A stretch of DNA of 64,000 bases from Histomonas meleagridis 2922-C6/04-290x (lineage: Eukaryota; Protista; Parabasalia). The translations under genes and the position numbers were made by a program. The stretch covers positions 62,001-126,000 of the forward strand of contig JAANOX010000034.1 in the NCBI GenBank assembly GCA_020184695.1, given 5' to 3'. This document shows, one piece after another, positions 43,905 to 54,711 of the stretch; the first letter of the stretch is position 1, and every line of letters starts with the position of its first letter. The notes beneath the pieces are model-generated. The model searched no databases. It had not been told where the DNA came from and saw only the letters and a program-made list of their open reading frames with translations.

Positions 43905-44710
43905 ATGAAAAATGAAGTCAAAATGAAAAAAAATAATAATGAACTGAGAGTTTTATATCAAAAGTGATAACAAAAAGTTCCAATTTGCATATTATATATT
44001 GAAATTTCCAAAGATTTATCCAATGAAAAATCTGAGTGCAATTGAATATTTCTCGGCAATCGAATGAAGAAGTTGTTATCCATTCAAAAGAGTGGCAAGT
44101 AGAAAATTATTGAAAAATTATTGCACATCAATTTATAATGCTTTACTCTTTATTCATGAAAATTAAATTTATATATCGTTTAACTTTTTATACAAGGGAT
44201 TTTTTTCCTTAACTATTAAAATAACAAAATAATATCAGAAAGATCCGCCGGGTTAAACATACTTGTGACTTAATGTTGTCAATGAAAATAATTACTTTTT
44301 ATGTATTAATGAAATTTTTCATTATGAATTTTTTTTAAAAAAGAGTAAATTGAAAACAGTTTTAGATGCGTAATTCATCCCTATGAATTATATTCAAGAA
44401 TTTTTGAGGTATCATGCAAAAACACAGTTCCCATCACAAATATTTATAATAAATAAAATATCAACAGTGTACTGCTTTTTATTTACTGTGTTGAATTTAA
44501 ATCTCAAGAAGTACATCAGGTGTTGTGTGAAATATTATTTTTTTGCCTTTTCTTTCGTTCAAGCACAAAGCATAAAAAAAAACTTAAAAGATGTCTAAAC
44601 GTTTCCAACGCAGAAATTCATTGAAATAATTGAATTGATTATTGTGGTTTAGTCAGAATATTTAAACGTTTCCATCATCACTTTTCGAAGAAATCATTTT
44701 TATTTATTGC

Positions 44711-45412
44711 TTAGCAAGGGAAGTGTTGTTGAACGAGGTCAATAACTTCTCTGATTCCACGTTCTTCTGCACGTGCTTTAACCTCGACTGCGTTTTGTGG
44801 TGATAGCAATTTGGAAAGAGCGTTCATAGCAAGAAAATCAAGTTCTTCTGGATCACGAAATTGATAATTCTTTCCTGCTCCAAATAGATCAACGAAACCA
44901 ACAACATCGATTGGTTCTAATTTTCCTGTATAAAGATATCGTGCAAACATTTGGAGAGCTGTTTTGCTCATGTTTGGATCCCTAAATTGGAAGAGGGTTG
45001 GATTTCTTTCGAATTGTTGGCGGAAGAATCCAGATCGAGCAAATAACATAAAACGATGAACGTTAACACGATCCTCAGAATCGCGAGGGAGAAGTGAAAA
45101 ATCACAAGAAGTTTCATCCTCTAAGAGACTTGTCATATCGCGGTGGAATGTTGATTCAAATGGAATTGAATCAACAATTTTACAAGCTTTAAAAGCTGGT
45201 AAGTTTGTCCTAGCTACAGGGGTATTTGCGTAAAGATGTTCCAAGATGGCTTGAATTGTGTTTGGTGGCAATTGTTGAAGCTTTGCCAATGCCTGAGCAG
45301 GATCACGAGCATAAAAAGCCCAACGGTGACGAATCAATGGTTCATAAACCTTAGCAGACCAACCACTTCTTGATCTGACCTCAATCATCTGAGATGCCCA
45401 AGGGTAAGACAT
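44711..45412 (-). CDS. BTB/POZ-domain protein
   Basis: SCDFSLL..VNVHRFMLFARSGFF...FARYLYTG. Confidence 0.82.
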   Translation of the reverse strand: MSYPWASQMIEVRSRSGWSAKVYEPLIRHRWAFYARDPAQALAKLQQLPPNTIQAILEHLYANTPVARTNLPAFKACKIVDSIPFESTFHRDMTSLLEDETSCDFSLLPRDSEDRVNVHRFMLFARSGFFRQQFERNPTLFQFRDPNMSKTALQMFARYLYTGKLEPIDVVGFVDLFGAGKNYQFRDPEELDFLAMNALSKLLSPQNAVEVKARAEERGIREVIDLVQQHFPC

Positions 45413-45744
45413 TAAGAGAAAAACTGATTAGAAACGGTTTTAGTGGCGGTTTTTGTGAATACATGACCATGCAAATTTTTGGCTATTTTGGCCAAATCAT
45501 AAAGTTTCGGAAGTAGAAACATACCTTCAATTGGCTCAGATGATTTCATCAGATTTAATTATTATTGATGTAAAAATGACATTTATTATATTTTATTATT
45601 TATTTACTTACACTCAGTTTCTGTAAAGTATATTTGTTCTCATTTGTACGTATTATGTATAATATAAATTAAATGTTAAAGTAAAGGCCTTTAGTGAGAT
45701 TGTTTTATTGGATATCCATTTTGGACTAACTAAATAGTTTCTAT

Positions 45745-47037
45745 TTATTGCTTTTTGCTAAACGAGCGGATTGCATCTAACACACCCTCGTAAGTGCTAA
45801 TTACTGTTGCAATAATGCCAAATGCTGCCAATAGCACCATTGGTATATTCTTCCATGAAAACCATCTATTTGGTGACAATATAATAGTGAATATAGCAGG
45901 GAAGAAAAAGTTTGTCATACATCCACCAAGTGCACCACCGATAGCTAGAGCCGGTCTTACGTTTGGAATAAACAATGTAATTAGAAGTGGAGGTAAGTTT
46001 TCAGTTAGTAAACATACAGCACGCTTTCCCCAAGGCAATTTTTGAGCTTCGTCTTCCTTAAAGAAAACTCTTGAATACGTTGCCATGGCGGTTAGACCGA
46101 TAGCCGGATAGGAGGCCGTTAAAACGACAAAATAACCGGCTTTGACGATAATCATCAAAACGTCTTTTTGAGGGAAAGAGTCCAAAATAACCTCCTTGGT
46201 TTCCTTACCAAACATAAGGTACCCAATCACGCCGGGAACCATAACAAAAAGATAGCAGATAAAGAACGTGGCACCAATGCTAAAGTAACGCTTCTTGAGA
46301 TTCGGATCTGATTGCATAAGAATTGGGAGAAGAATTACTGACATGGCAAAGCTAAGTGAGTAGATAGCAAGGGCATTGAAAAGACCCATGGAAAAGAGAC
46401 CGTTCTCACAGGTTGGACATATGCCATTTTTAGGGAAAAATTGACAGGCTTTAATTATGATAGAGACAAAGAAGAAAATAAGACAGAAGAAAGCAGACGT
46501 TGAAATCATGGAAAGCATTGTAAGACGACGTGGAAATGTCATTGCTATTGGAACACATATACAAAATGTAAGTACAAGAACTGGTCGACCCCAACCATCA
46601 GGAATTTTGATTCCGCCAAGTGCAAAGAAATCGGTGATGACATTACATCCAATGATTAAGTAGGCAACCATTGTTGAGTAACAGAATAAAACGACACATA
46701 CTGATAAAACACCACTGCCAATTTTTCCTGTTGTCTTGTGTGCTAGGTCAGCAAATGATTCTGCGCCTGTTTCTATTTGAAGTCGTGCAACAATGCATGC
46801 TGAAAAATATGAGAGAACTGCAACTAGAGTAAGTAAAATGAATGATGGATAAAAACCTGAAAACGTGAATGAGTTAGAAACAGATAAAATGCCTGCACCC
46901 ATCAAAGAATTAATCAAATTCATGATAATTGAAAATTGAGACACATACTTTTTTTCCCCACTAGCCTTTGGGTCTATTAACGAATCCTCACCATCAAGAT
47001 GAGAAATAGATGCTGAATGGCCAGTTTCTACTTCCAT
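45745..47037 (-). CDS. Amino-acid transporter (AAAP/Aa_trans, SLC38-like)
   Basis: IMNLINSLMGAGILS, GVIGYLMFG, SYPAI; about 11 TM segments. Confidence 0.88.
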   Translation of the reverse strand: MEVETGHSASISHLDGEDSLIDPKASGEKKYVSQFSIIMNLINSLMGAGILSVSNSFTFSGFYPSFILLTLVAVLSYFSACIVARLQIETGAESFADLAHKTTGKIGSGVLSVCVVLFCYSTMVAYLIIGCNVITDFFALGGIKIPDGWGRPVLVLTFCICVPIAMTFPRRLTMLSMISTSAFFCLIFFFVSIIIKACQFFPKNGICPTCENGLFSMGLFNALAIYSLSFAMSVILLPILMQSDPNLKKRYFSIGATFFICYLFVMVPGVIGYLMFGKETKEVILDSFPQKDVLMIIVKAGYFVVLTASYPAIGLTAMATYSRVFFKEDEAQKLPWGKRAVCLLTENLPPLLITLFIPNVRPALAIGGALGGCMTNFFFPAIFTIILSPNRWFSWKNIPMVLLAAFGIIATVISTYEGVLDAIRSFSKKQ

Positions 47038-47189
47038 AATGGGTGTTGTTTTTTAACCGCATGATTGAATATTCTGAATTTCTAACAGGTGATCAAATCA
47101 CATTGATTTGGGGATCAGCTTGTACGATGAAATAACAATCAAACGTTAAACGAATTCAGGACAGGCTTTAACGTCATAGGGTGCCCGGG

Positions 47190-47197
47190 AACGGTTT
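47190..47197 (+). promoter_or_regulatory. M3-like core promoter motif
   Basis: AACGGTTT 14 nt upstream of ATG 47212. Confidence 0.45.
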
Positions 47198-47211
47198 TCA
47201 CGTTACAACGC

Positions 47212-47829
47212 ATGTATGGAGGATATCTAAGAAGAAAAGAACAATCAAAAAATGCTTGGTATAAAGCACATGGACAAACACCTCCAAGGCTATGTAAAAC
47301 GCCTGAAGAAAAAAGAAGAAAAATGAAAATTGATACTCAAGCATTTACAAAAACAAAAGTTCTACATGTTTTTGACCCACCACCACCACAAATGAAAGAC
47401 AATCTTTCATATTGGGAAGTTGATGGTGCAGGGATTGAACCTGTTGAATTTAGGAACTCTTTGATTTCAATGAGAAATTTGGAAGTTATGTCACAGAAAC
47501 CAATAAAGCCACCAAACGTTGGTAAAGTAAGTGAATGCTCGTCCCCATATCAAAACGATTTGATGTCATTTGAAGCCTTTGAAACTTCAAGAAAAGAGTT
47601 AAAACATCGTGCACAACATATTGTTGAAGAAATGACTCGTGTTAATAATGAATGGAATCGAGGGCCTGTTGAAAATTGGTTTTGCCTTAAAGATAAGAAA
47701 TTCACAGCTGAACATTGTAGATTTAATGAGTTACGGAAAAGGGAAATTGCAAAAGAAAGAAAAAGAAGAAGAAGAAGAACAACAACTGGAAGCTTTAATT
47801 TTCGAATTGGTTTTCAACAAACTGTTTAA
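47212..47829 (+). CDS. Hypothetical basic protein
   Basis: 205-aa ATG-started open frame ending TAAA; no family recognised. Confidence 0.65.
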   Translation: MYGGYLRRKEQSKNAWYKAHGQTPPRLCKTPEEKRRKMKIDTQAFTKTKVLHVFDPPPPQMKDNLSYWEVDGAGIEPVEFRNSLISMRNLEVMSQKPIKPPNVGKVSECSSPYQNDLMSFEAFETSRKELKHRAQHIVEEMTRVNNEWNRGPVENWFCLKDKKFTAEHCRFNELRKREIAKERKRRRRRTTTGSFNFRIGFQQTV

Positions 47830-47907
47830 AATAATGTTTGCACACACATTTGTTTTGTTGTCATAAGTTTAAATGATTTACGAAACCGCGTAATTAACGT
47901 TCTTTTA

Positions 47908-48693
47908 ATGGATAGCAACAGTCTCCTTGAAATCATCAAATCTGGGGATGTTTCTCTTTTAATCCAAGCAGCTACTCCAGATACATTAAAACTACAAAGG
48001 GTATGCTTTTCTTTTAACTCCAGGTTCCAGGTTTATATTATGTAAAGAACAAAACATTTTCAGATCCACCACTTCTACACTTTACTATGTTAATGCAGAA
48101 AGTAGACATGTTTCATTACTTTCTAGTTTCTGAATTTGACATTGATGTTCTATGCAATTCCTGGACCCCACTTCATCTTGCCTCATATCTTGGTCTCACA
48201 AATTTTGTTGATATTCTAATATTTTTTGGGGCGACCATTGACATAGAGGATAGAGTTTATTATCTCCTCATTATGGAATTTTTTTTCTTAATTTCTTACA
48301 CCACTTATGATTGCAATTCAGGAACATAACACAGAAATTGTTAAAGCACTTCTTATAGCAGGCGCTAAAGTCGACGAAAATCCTGCCGCACTCCATATGG
48401 CCGTTCGTGAAGGTGTTCCTGAGATAGTTAAACAACTTCTTCTCTTTGGCGCAAATCCGAACGCAAAGAACCGACTTGGGAAAAGCGCGTTTGACATTAT
48501 CCGCAAGCCTGATCCGGACGAAATTGAGCAGATGCTGCACACGGTGAAAGCGGAGCAGCAATGCGATCCAAGCAAGCCGCGTATTGCAATTGTTGATCAG
48601 AACATTACTTCGTTGGCTGAATTGCTGGATACGCTCCATGTCGTTGGAAATGCGTGTGAAGAAAAGCCAAAGTTTATAGTCACAAAGATGTAA
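47908..48693 (+). CDS. Single-copy ankyrin-repeat protein with one 23-nt GT-AG intron and two 17-nt spacers
   Basis: 786 nt - 23 - 34 = 729 nt = 242 aa plus stop. Joins an unannotated exon (MDSNSLLEIIKSGD) to ORFs 48087 and 48307 and rebuilds EDRYGLTPLM. Confidence 0.78.
48001..48023 (+). other. 23-nt canonical spliceosomal intron
   Basis: GTATGCTTTTCTTTTAACTCCAG: GTATG donor, TTAAC branch-like motif, CAG acceptor; phase 0; removal restores the frame. Very short GT-AG introns are known in T. vaginalis. Confidence 0.8.
48255..48294 (+). other. Two 17-nt spacers flanking a 6-nt TATGGA (Tyr-Gly) island
   Basis: GAT AGA | GTTTATTATCTCCTCAT | TAT GGA | ATTTTTTTTCTTAATTT | CTT ACA CCA CTT. Confidence 0.7.
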
Positions 48694-48805
48694 AGAGTTT
48701 TGTATAAAAAATTTAATCTAGAAGACTTTTATTCGAAAATAATTATAGAATGATTTGTGTAAGAGTATACTAAAGCAACGATCAAGTTTCACTTTTTGAA
48801 TAGAT

Positions 48806-51489
48806 CTATCCACTAAAGGGAATCGGGAAACGCATCTGATTAAATCCATTGTTGTTTGATCCTTTTTCATTAAGTAATTGTTTTATTTCTTTGAAACATA
48901 ATTGTTGAGCAATTTCAATATGAAGTGCTGTTTCGAATTATTAAAACATATTCTAAATTATTAAAATAAATTACAAATTATTCAAATGAATATTTTCTGT
49001 ATTAACATCAATTCCTTCTTTATCTAAAAGTAATTTTACTATTTCTATATTATTATTTCTAACTGCTATATGAAGTGCTGTTTCGAATTATTAAAACATA
49101 TTCTAAATTATTAAAACATATTCCAAATTATTCAAATGAATATTTTTTGCATTAACATCAATTCCTTCTTTATCTAAAAGTAATTTTACTATTTCTATAT
49201 TATTATTTCTAACTGCTATATGAAGTGCTGTTTCAAATTATTAAAACATATTTCAAATTATTAAAACATATATAAAATTATTCAAATGAATATATTTTGC
49301 ATTAACATCAATTCCTTCTTTATCTAAAAGTAATTTTATGATTTTGATATTATTGTTTCTAACTGCAATATGAAGTGCTGTTTCAAATTATTAAAACATA
49401 TCCAAAATTATTAAAACATATTCCAAATTATTAAAACATATTTCAAATTATTAAAACATATAAAAAATTATTAAAACATATTCTAAATTATTCAAATGAA
49501 TATTTTTTGCATTAATATCAATTCCTTTATCTAAAAGTAATTTTACTATTTCTATATTATTATTTCTAACTGCAATATGAAGTGCTGTTTCAAATTATTA
49601 AAACATATTTCAAATTATTAAAACATATTACAAATCATTAAAACATACTACAAATTATTAAAGCGTATTTTAAATTATTAAAGCGTATTTTAAATTATTA
49701 AAACATATTCCAAATTATTAAAGCGTATTTTAAATTATTAAAGCGTATTTTAAATTATTAAAACATATTTCAAATTATTAAAACATATTATAAATTATTA
49801 AAATGAATAGTTTTTGCATTAACATCAATTCCTTCTTTACTAAAAAGTAGTTTTACTATTTCTATATTATTATTTTTAACTGCTATATGAAGTGCTGTTT
49901 CAAATTATTAAAACATATATAAAATTATTAAAACATATTCTAAATTATTAAAACATATTACAAATTATTCAAATGAATATTTTTTGCATTAACATCAATT
50001 CCTTTATCTAAAAGTAATTTTACTATTTCTATATTATTATTTCTAACTGCTATATGAAGTGCTGTTTCAAATTATTAAAACATATATAAAATTATTAAAA
50101 CATATTAAAAATTATTCAAATGAATAGTTTTTGCATTAACATCAATTCCTTCTTTATCTAAAAGTAATTTTACTATTTCTATATTATTATTTCTAACTGC
50201 TATATGAAGTGCTGTTTCAAATTATTAAAACATATTTCAAATTATTAAAACATATTAAAAATTATTAAAACATATTCTAAATTATTCAAATGAATATTTT
50301 TTGCATTAACATCAATTCCTTCTTTATCTAAAAGTAATTTTACTATTTCTATATTTTTTGATTCAACTGAATATGGTAAAATTTCATTTGGAATTTGTTG
50401 ACTTTCTATTATGAATGTATTTCCTTTTGATACTATTTCTTCTATAATTTCATTATTCATTTTCATTCCTTCTTTTTCTAAAAACATTAAGATTTCATAA
50501 TTATTAAATTCCATACATTTTTTTCCAAGATATATTAAATTTTCTTCACTTAAATTACAATTATCTTGACTTTCGATATTGGAATTCGATTTTTTAAAAG
50601 AAAATAATGAAGATGAAATTTTTCCAATTTTATTTTCATAAAGATAATGAAAAATTTCATTTTGATGAAATTCTATCGCTGTTTCATATGCTTCCGTAAA
50701 CGATGTATTATTTTGCTCGCACAAATGAATAATTTCTAAGTTTCCACCTGCAATTGCATATTTAGATGTATTTATAATATCCGAATTATTTAATAACAAA
50801 TATTTAAAACATTTAATCGAACCAAAAAATGCGCAATAATCAATTAATGAAACATTTTCAGTATTAACAAATGAGCATCTTTCATAAGGTGATGGTTCAA
50901 TTCTTTGATTAAAATTAAAACCATTTTGTGATGATATTTCTTGAAGCTTTTCTAAATCATCATTTCGAAGTACTTTCGCAATTTCTAATTGATTAACTCC
51001 TTCTTTCACATATTGTATATGAAGCTTCCAATCATCTTTTGATAATTCATGAAGTACTGCCCATTTGTTCATTAATTCATTTATTTTTTCTTTTGTTTTA
51101 AATTGAGAAAAATATAATGTGCTCATGCTGTTTACCAAAGATGGTTCAGATATTTCTTCATCGATCATCTTCTCAAGAAGGAAATATGATTCTTGCTTGT
51201 CTATTCCTAGTAAATATTTACAAAATATTTGCACGATATTAGATTCAGTTTTACTTTCGTTTTTTTCTTTTTCTTCTTCTTTTGCTTTTAGTGCAAATAA
51301 GTATTTAATATATATTTTTTCATTATTATGTTGAGAAACAAAAGCTGAGTATATAAGTCTAGAAACAAGATAGTTAAATGTATAAGGTAGTCTCTTAACA
51401 AACAAATTAATTGTTGCTTGAACCGATGTATCGAAATTTTTTTCGTTGAGATTAAATACTATGGATTCTAAGGACTTCGAGAGTTCCAT
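48806..51489 (-). CDS. DUF3447-type ankyrin-repeat protein; 8 loops with 3-11 spacers each (spliced model inferred)
   Basis: IDYCAFFGSIKCFKYL / AIAGGNLEII motifs. 2684 nt minus 37x17 gives 2055 nt = 685 codons ending PFSG*. Confidence 0.7.
48935..50295 (-). repeat. Ankyrin array with nested 20-nt unit (variable NNN + constant ATATGTTTTAATAATTT)
   Basis: Spacer counts per loop 4,3,4,11,6,3,3,3. Confidence 0.95.
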
Positions 51490-51790
51490 TAATAAAAAAG
51501 TGCCAGGTGGTTCAGAAAATTGAAATAAAAGTACATTTCATTAAATACTCGACCGTTAAATAGCAAACCAAAATTTGAGCGCTTATGTGTATTGTTATGT
51601 TTTTCAATTGTTGTTTTTAGAACACATCATCTCCAACAAAATATGGATTTTGTATCTTATTTTGTTGTGGGTCAAGATTCGGAACAACAAACATTCACTC
51701 CGTCGACCGTTATACGATATGAATATCAAATACTTTACAGATTCGAGCGATAGAAGATTTTTTTAAACGTCCGCCAAATATATATTTTGA

Positions 51791-52510
51791 ATGAGGATTA
51801 ATCGGCAAAAGTGGAGAACCTTATTAGCTAATCAAAAAATGTTCCAAGAAGATGAAATTCTAATATGTAAACAAGAGCATCCATCAAATATTGAATTGAT
51901 GGACATGCTTGCAGAAAACAGATCACAAAATGCTCAGAGCTGGAGGGATCAAAATATAGGTCTTCTTGAAAAATCAATACAAGAAATAAAAGAAAGCATT
52001 GAAAAAGAATACCAAAGGAGATATGATCTCAAGAAAAAAGAAATTCAAGATCGTGTTTTTCATCAATTTGGTGATTTATTGAAACAATTTGGAAAAGAAA
52101 TTGAAGAATACATCAAATTAATTCCACCCGAAAGGCAACAGCTGCATGCTTCCCTTTCAGCAGAAATTCAAAAACCTGCCAAAAATCAACAACAAATCAA
52201 TATTTCTAAAACCACAACACCATCTTCAGTATTTCAAGAAGACTTCTCTAAAATCATTTCACAAATGCAAGCAGATGGCGTAAATACAAATAGTATGACA
52301 ATAATTGCAGATAGAGCAATGTTTTATCATGATCAAGTTTTCTTCCAAGGAAATAGCGTAAGCGTTGAAACAAGAATGAGAAATAAATTAAGTGGAACAA
52401 TAGACTCAATAACAAAAGGAGAAATCGAAATCTCATTTAAGGATAATTCCGTTCTATCAATTTCAGATATTGACTTAAAGGAGGGAAGAGTTGTATTGTA
52501 TCCGGCATGA
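51791..52510 (+). CDS. Sds3/SUDS3-like Sin3-HDAC subunit
   Basis: Coiled-coil N-half; C-terminal MFYHDQVFFQGNSVSVETRMRNKLSGTIDSITKGEIEI...DLKEG parallels, from memory, the SUDS3 C-terminal domain. Confidence 0.55.
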   Translation: MRINRQKWRTLLANQKMFQEDEILICKQEHPSNIELMDMLAENRSQNAQSWRDQNIGLLEKSIQEIKESIEKEYQRRYDLKKKEIQDRVFHQFGDLLKQFGKEIEEYIKLIPPERQQLHASLSAEIQKPAKNQQQINISKTTTPSSVFQEDFSKIISQMQADGVNTNSMTIIADRAMFYHDQVFFQGNSVSVETRMRNKLSGTIDSITKGEIEISFKDNSVLSISDIDLKEGRVVLYPA

Positions 52511-52995
52511 ATTATTTTGTGAATACTAAATGAATTGATTCGTAAAAATAAAGTAATATTATTCAATTTTATTATTATTAATCTAATTTCTCGACTCATT
52601 AGCGAACCTCTTTATTTATGTTCGCGTCACTTACGACTTGTACACTTTTGATCGGTAAGTGTGCTTAAAAAAACTCAAATATCTTGGAAAAAATCGGAGT
52701 TCAATATCGGTTGATTGTATTATTAATAATGTGAAAAAATCTTAATACAATATAGAAATATAAATAATCGATTTTTCCAAAAAATCGTAATATTTATAGA
52801 ATACATAATATTTAATATTAACTTACATTATATATTATTGTGTTTTTATTTATTTGGAATTTTATGGAACAGATGCTGAGATAATTATTTTTTTTGTTTA
52901 TAGTGTCAGTTTTACACTTCACTTATACTTTGTTTGATGGGGGTTGTTTTAGGGTGCCCTTATTTTTTCTGTATATTACAACGACACTTTTAAAA

Positions 52996-53859
52996 ATGAC
53001 TGAAATTAAACTTTGTTATAAAGGCAAAACTAAAATAATATCTATAGATGAAAATCAAATTTCTGACAAAATTATAAAGGAAGCTGTAGATTTCTCTAAG
53101 ATTAATCCCAATAGAATTCGTTTGTATTACATGTATAAAAATGATGAAATAGTTTTGCAAAATAAGCAAATTATGAAAGAAATCCCTTCCAAAGAATTTT
53201 CTATCAAAGACTCAGGGCCACAGTTCAGCTTTATGATGAATGATTTATGCGAATACATTCCTCCTATTTTTATATGGCTCTTTTTTTTAAACTTTATAAA
53301 TCCACCTCAATCATCATATCTATCATGCTCTACTTTTGTGTGGATATTTCATTATACCAAGCGTTCATTAGAAGCAGTATTTGTACATACTTATTCCCAC
53401 ACTACGATACCTATTTTCTCTATCAAAGATAACTCATGCGTTAAGAATTGCTTATACTATTGGATTTTCTCACTTCTTATTACATATTCAGTCATTTCCT
53501 ATTCATCGAATCAACATCTCACAAAACTAAAAATTACCTATTTAATTCTTTTCTGTATATCCGAGGCGCTCAATTTTTATTCCCATTTGCGTCTCCGACT
53601 CCTTCGTCCAAAAGGATCTCTTGCGCATTACTTGCCAAAAGGATTCCTTTTCGACAGTATAACATGTCCGAACTATACATTTGAAATTCTTTCATGGATT
53701 TCATACGGGTTATTCACAGAGTGTAAATTTGTATTTTTGTTTGCGATTTGCGGAGGAGTACAAATGTTTCTTTGGGCAGGAGAAAAAAGAACAAGATTAG
53801 CAGCAAAGTATCCTGAGGCCGCAAATCGAGGTAGAATCACTCCATTTAAAGTTATGTAA
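52996..53859 (+). CDS. TECR: Very-long-chain enoyl-CoA reductase (TECR/Tsc13, steroid 5-alpha-reductase family)
   Basis: Ubl-like N-terminus, KDSGPQF, CEYIPP, HYTKRSLEAVFVH, KNCLYYW, CPNYTFEILSW. Confidence 0.88.
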   Translation: MTEIKLCYKGKTKIISIDENQISDKIIKEAVDFSKINPNRIRLYYMYKNDEIVLQNKQIMKEIPSKEFSIKDSGPQFSFMMNDLCEYIPPIFIWLFFLNFINPPQSSYLSCSTFVWIFHYTKRSLEAVFVHTYSHTTIPIFSIKDNSCVKNCLYYWIFSLLITYSVISYSSNQHLTKLKITYLILFCISEALNFYSHLRLRLLRPKGSLAHYLPKGFLFDSITCPNYTFEILSWISYGLFTECKFVFLFAICGGVQMFLWAGEKRTRLAAKYPEAANRGRITPFKVM

Positions 53860-54185
53860 TAAAATGATGAAATAATTATCGATTTTTTAAATAGAATTAC
53901 ACAAAAAGAAATGCACGTTTTTCCCGATGCGTTTATTTTATAAGTTATTATTTTCTGGATAATTTTTGTATAAAACACTTTTAATGTAATTTAAACTAAC
54001 ACCTAATCAAGAAGAGAGGATGATATTAGACATAATTTTTTAATGACCCGTAAATTAGTTATATTGATATCATTTTTATAATTTAATCTCTTTTTGTTAT
54101 AAAAAAATTTTAACCGTTGCAGACAGTAATTTGTCTTGTCCGGACAAAAAGTTATAAATTTTTTCTTCGGAATGATCCATGGCGA

Positions 54186-54604
54186 CTTTCTATATATAAG
54201 TTTGGATTTCAATATAAAATTTGGAAATTATTTAAAGCGTTTGATACAGCTCTTATGCATGCATCCAAAGGAAACCATGTTGAAATAACCAAATTACTTC
54301 TTGAACAAGAAGGAATTGATATTAATGCTAAAAATATTTATTTGTTTTATTTAAAATTTATTTTAATAATTTTATATTTCAAAATAATATTTGGAAATCA
54401 TTTAAAATATTTAAAACAGCACTTATGTTAGCATCTGAAAACGGAAATATGGATATAACAAAGTTACTTCTTGAACAGAAGAATGTTGATATCAATTTAA
54501 AAATAAAAGAATCACATAATTTTGAAATAGCAATCATGAAAGCATCCAACAATAAATCAGAAAAAAAATTGTTTTATTATACGATTTGGATTTTAATTAA
54601 TTAA
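54186..54604 (+). pseudogene. Orphan ankyrin fragment with two spacer-split loops
   Basis: Parses as W-G-DTALMHASKGN... and KN-K-Y-G-KTALMLASENG (54336-54412 = 4x17 + 3x3); no N-terminal domain or start found upstream. Confidence 0.65.
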
Positions 54605-54711
54605 TATGAAAACAAGTTGTTAAGTTTAACCAACATTACAAAATATAAAAAAAAAAAAAAAAAAAAATCCTTTGTTAAAAAATGAGTTATAATTTACTTA
54701 ACAATAATATT

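Noticed and set aside
48935-50295. CRISPR-like array (constant repeat, variable spacer)
   Set aside because: Eukaryotic context, variable parts are only 3 nt, the array is embedded in ankyrin coding repeats, and there are no cas genes.
54647-54667. A21 run as the poly(A) tail of a retroposed ankyrin fragment
   Set aside because: The fragment still contains spacers. Similar runs lie just 3' of other genes as sense-strand T tracts (about 24755, 39760), so this is more simply a downstream U-rich element of the convergent gene.
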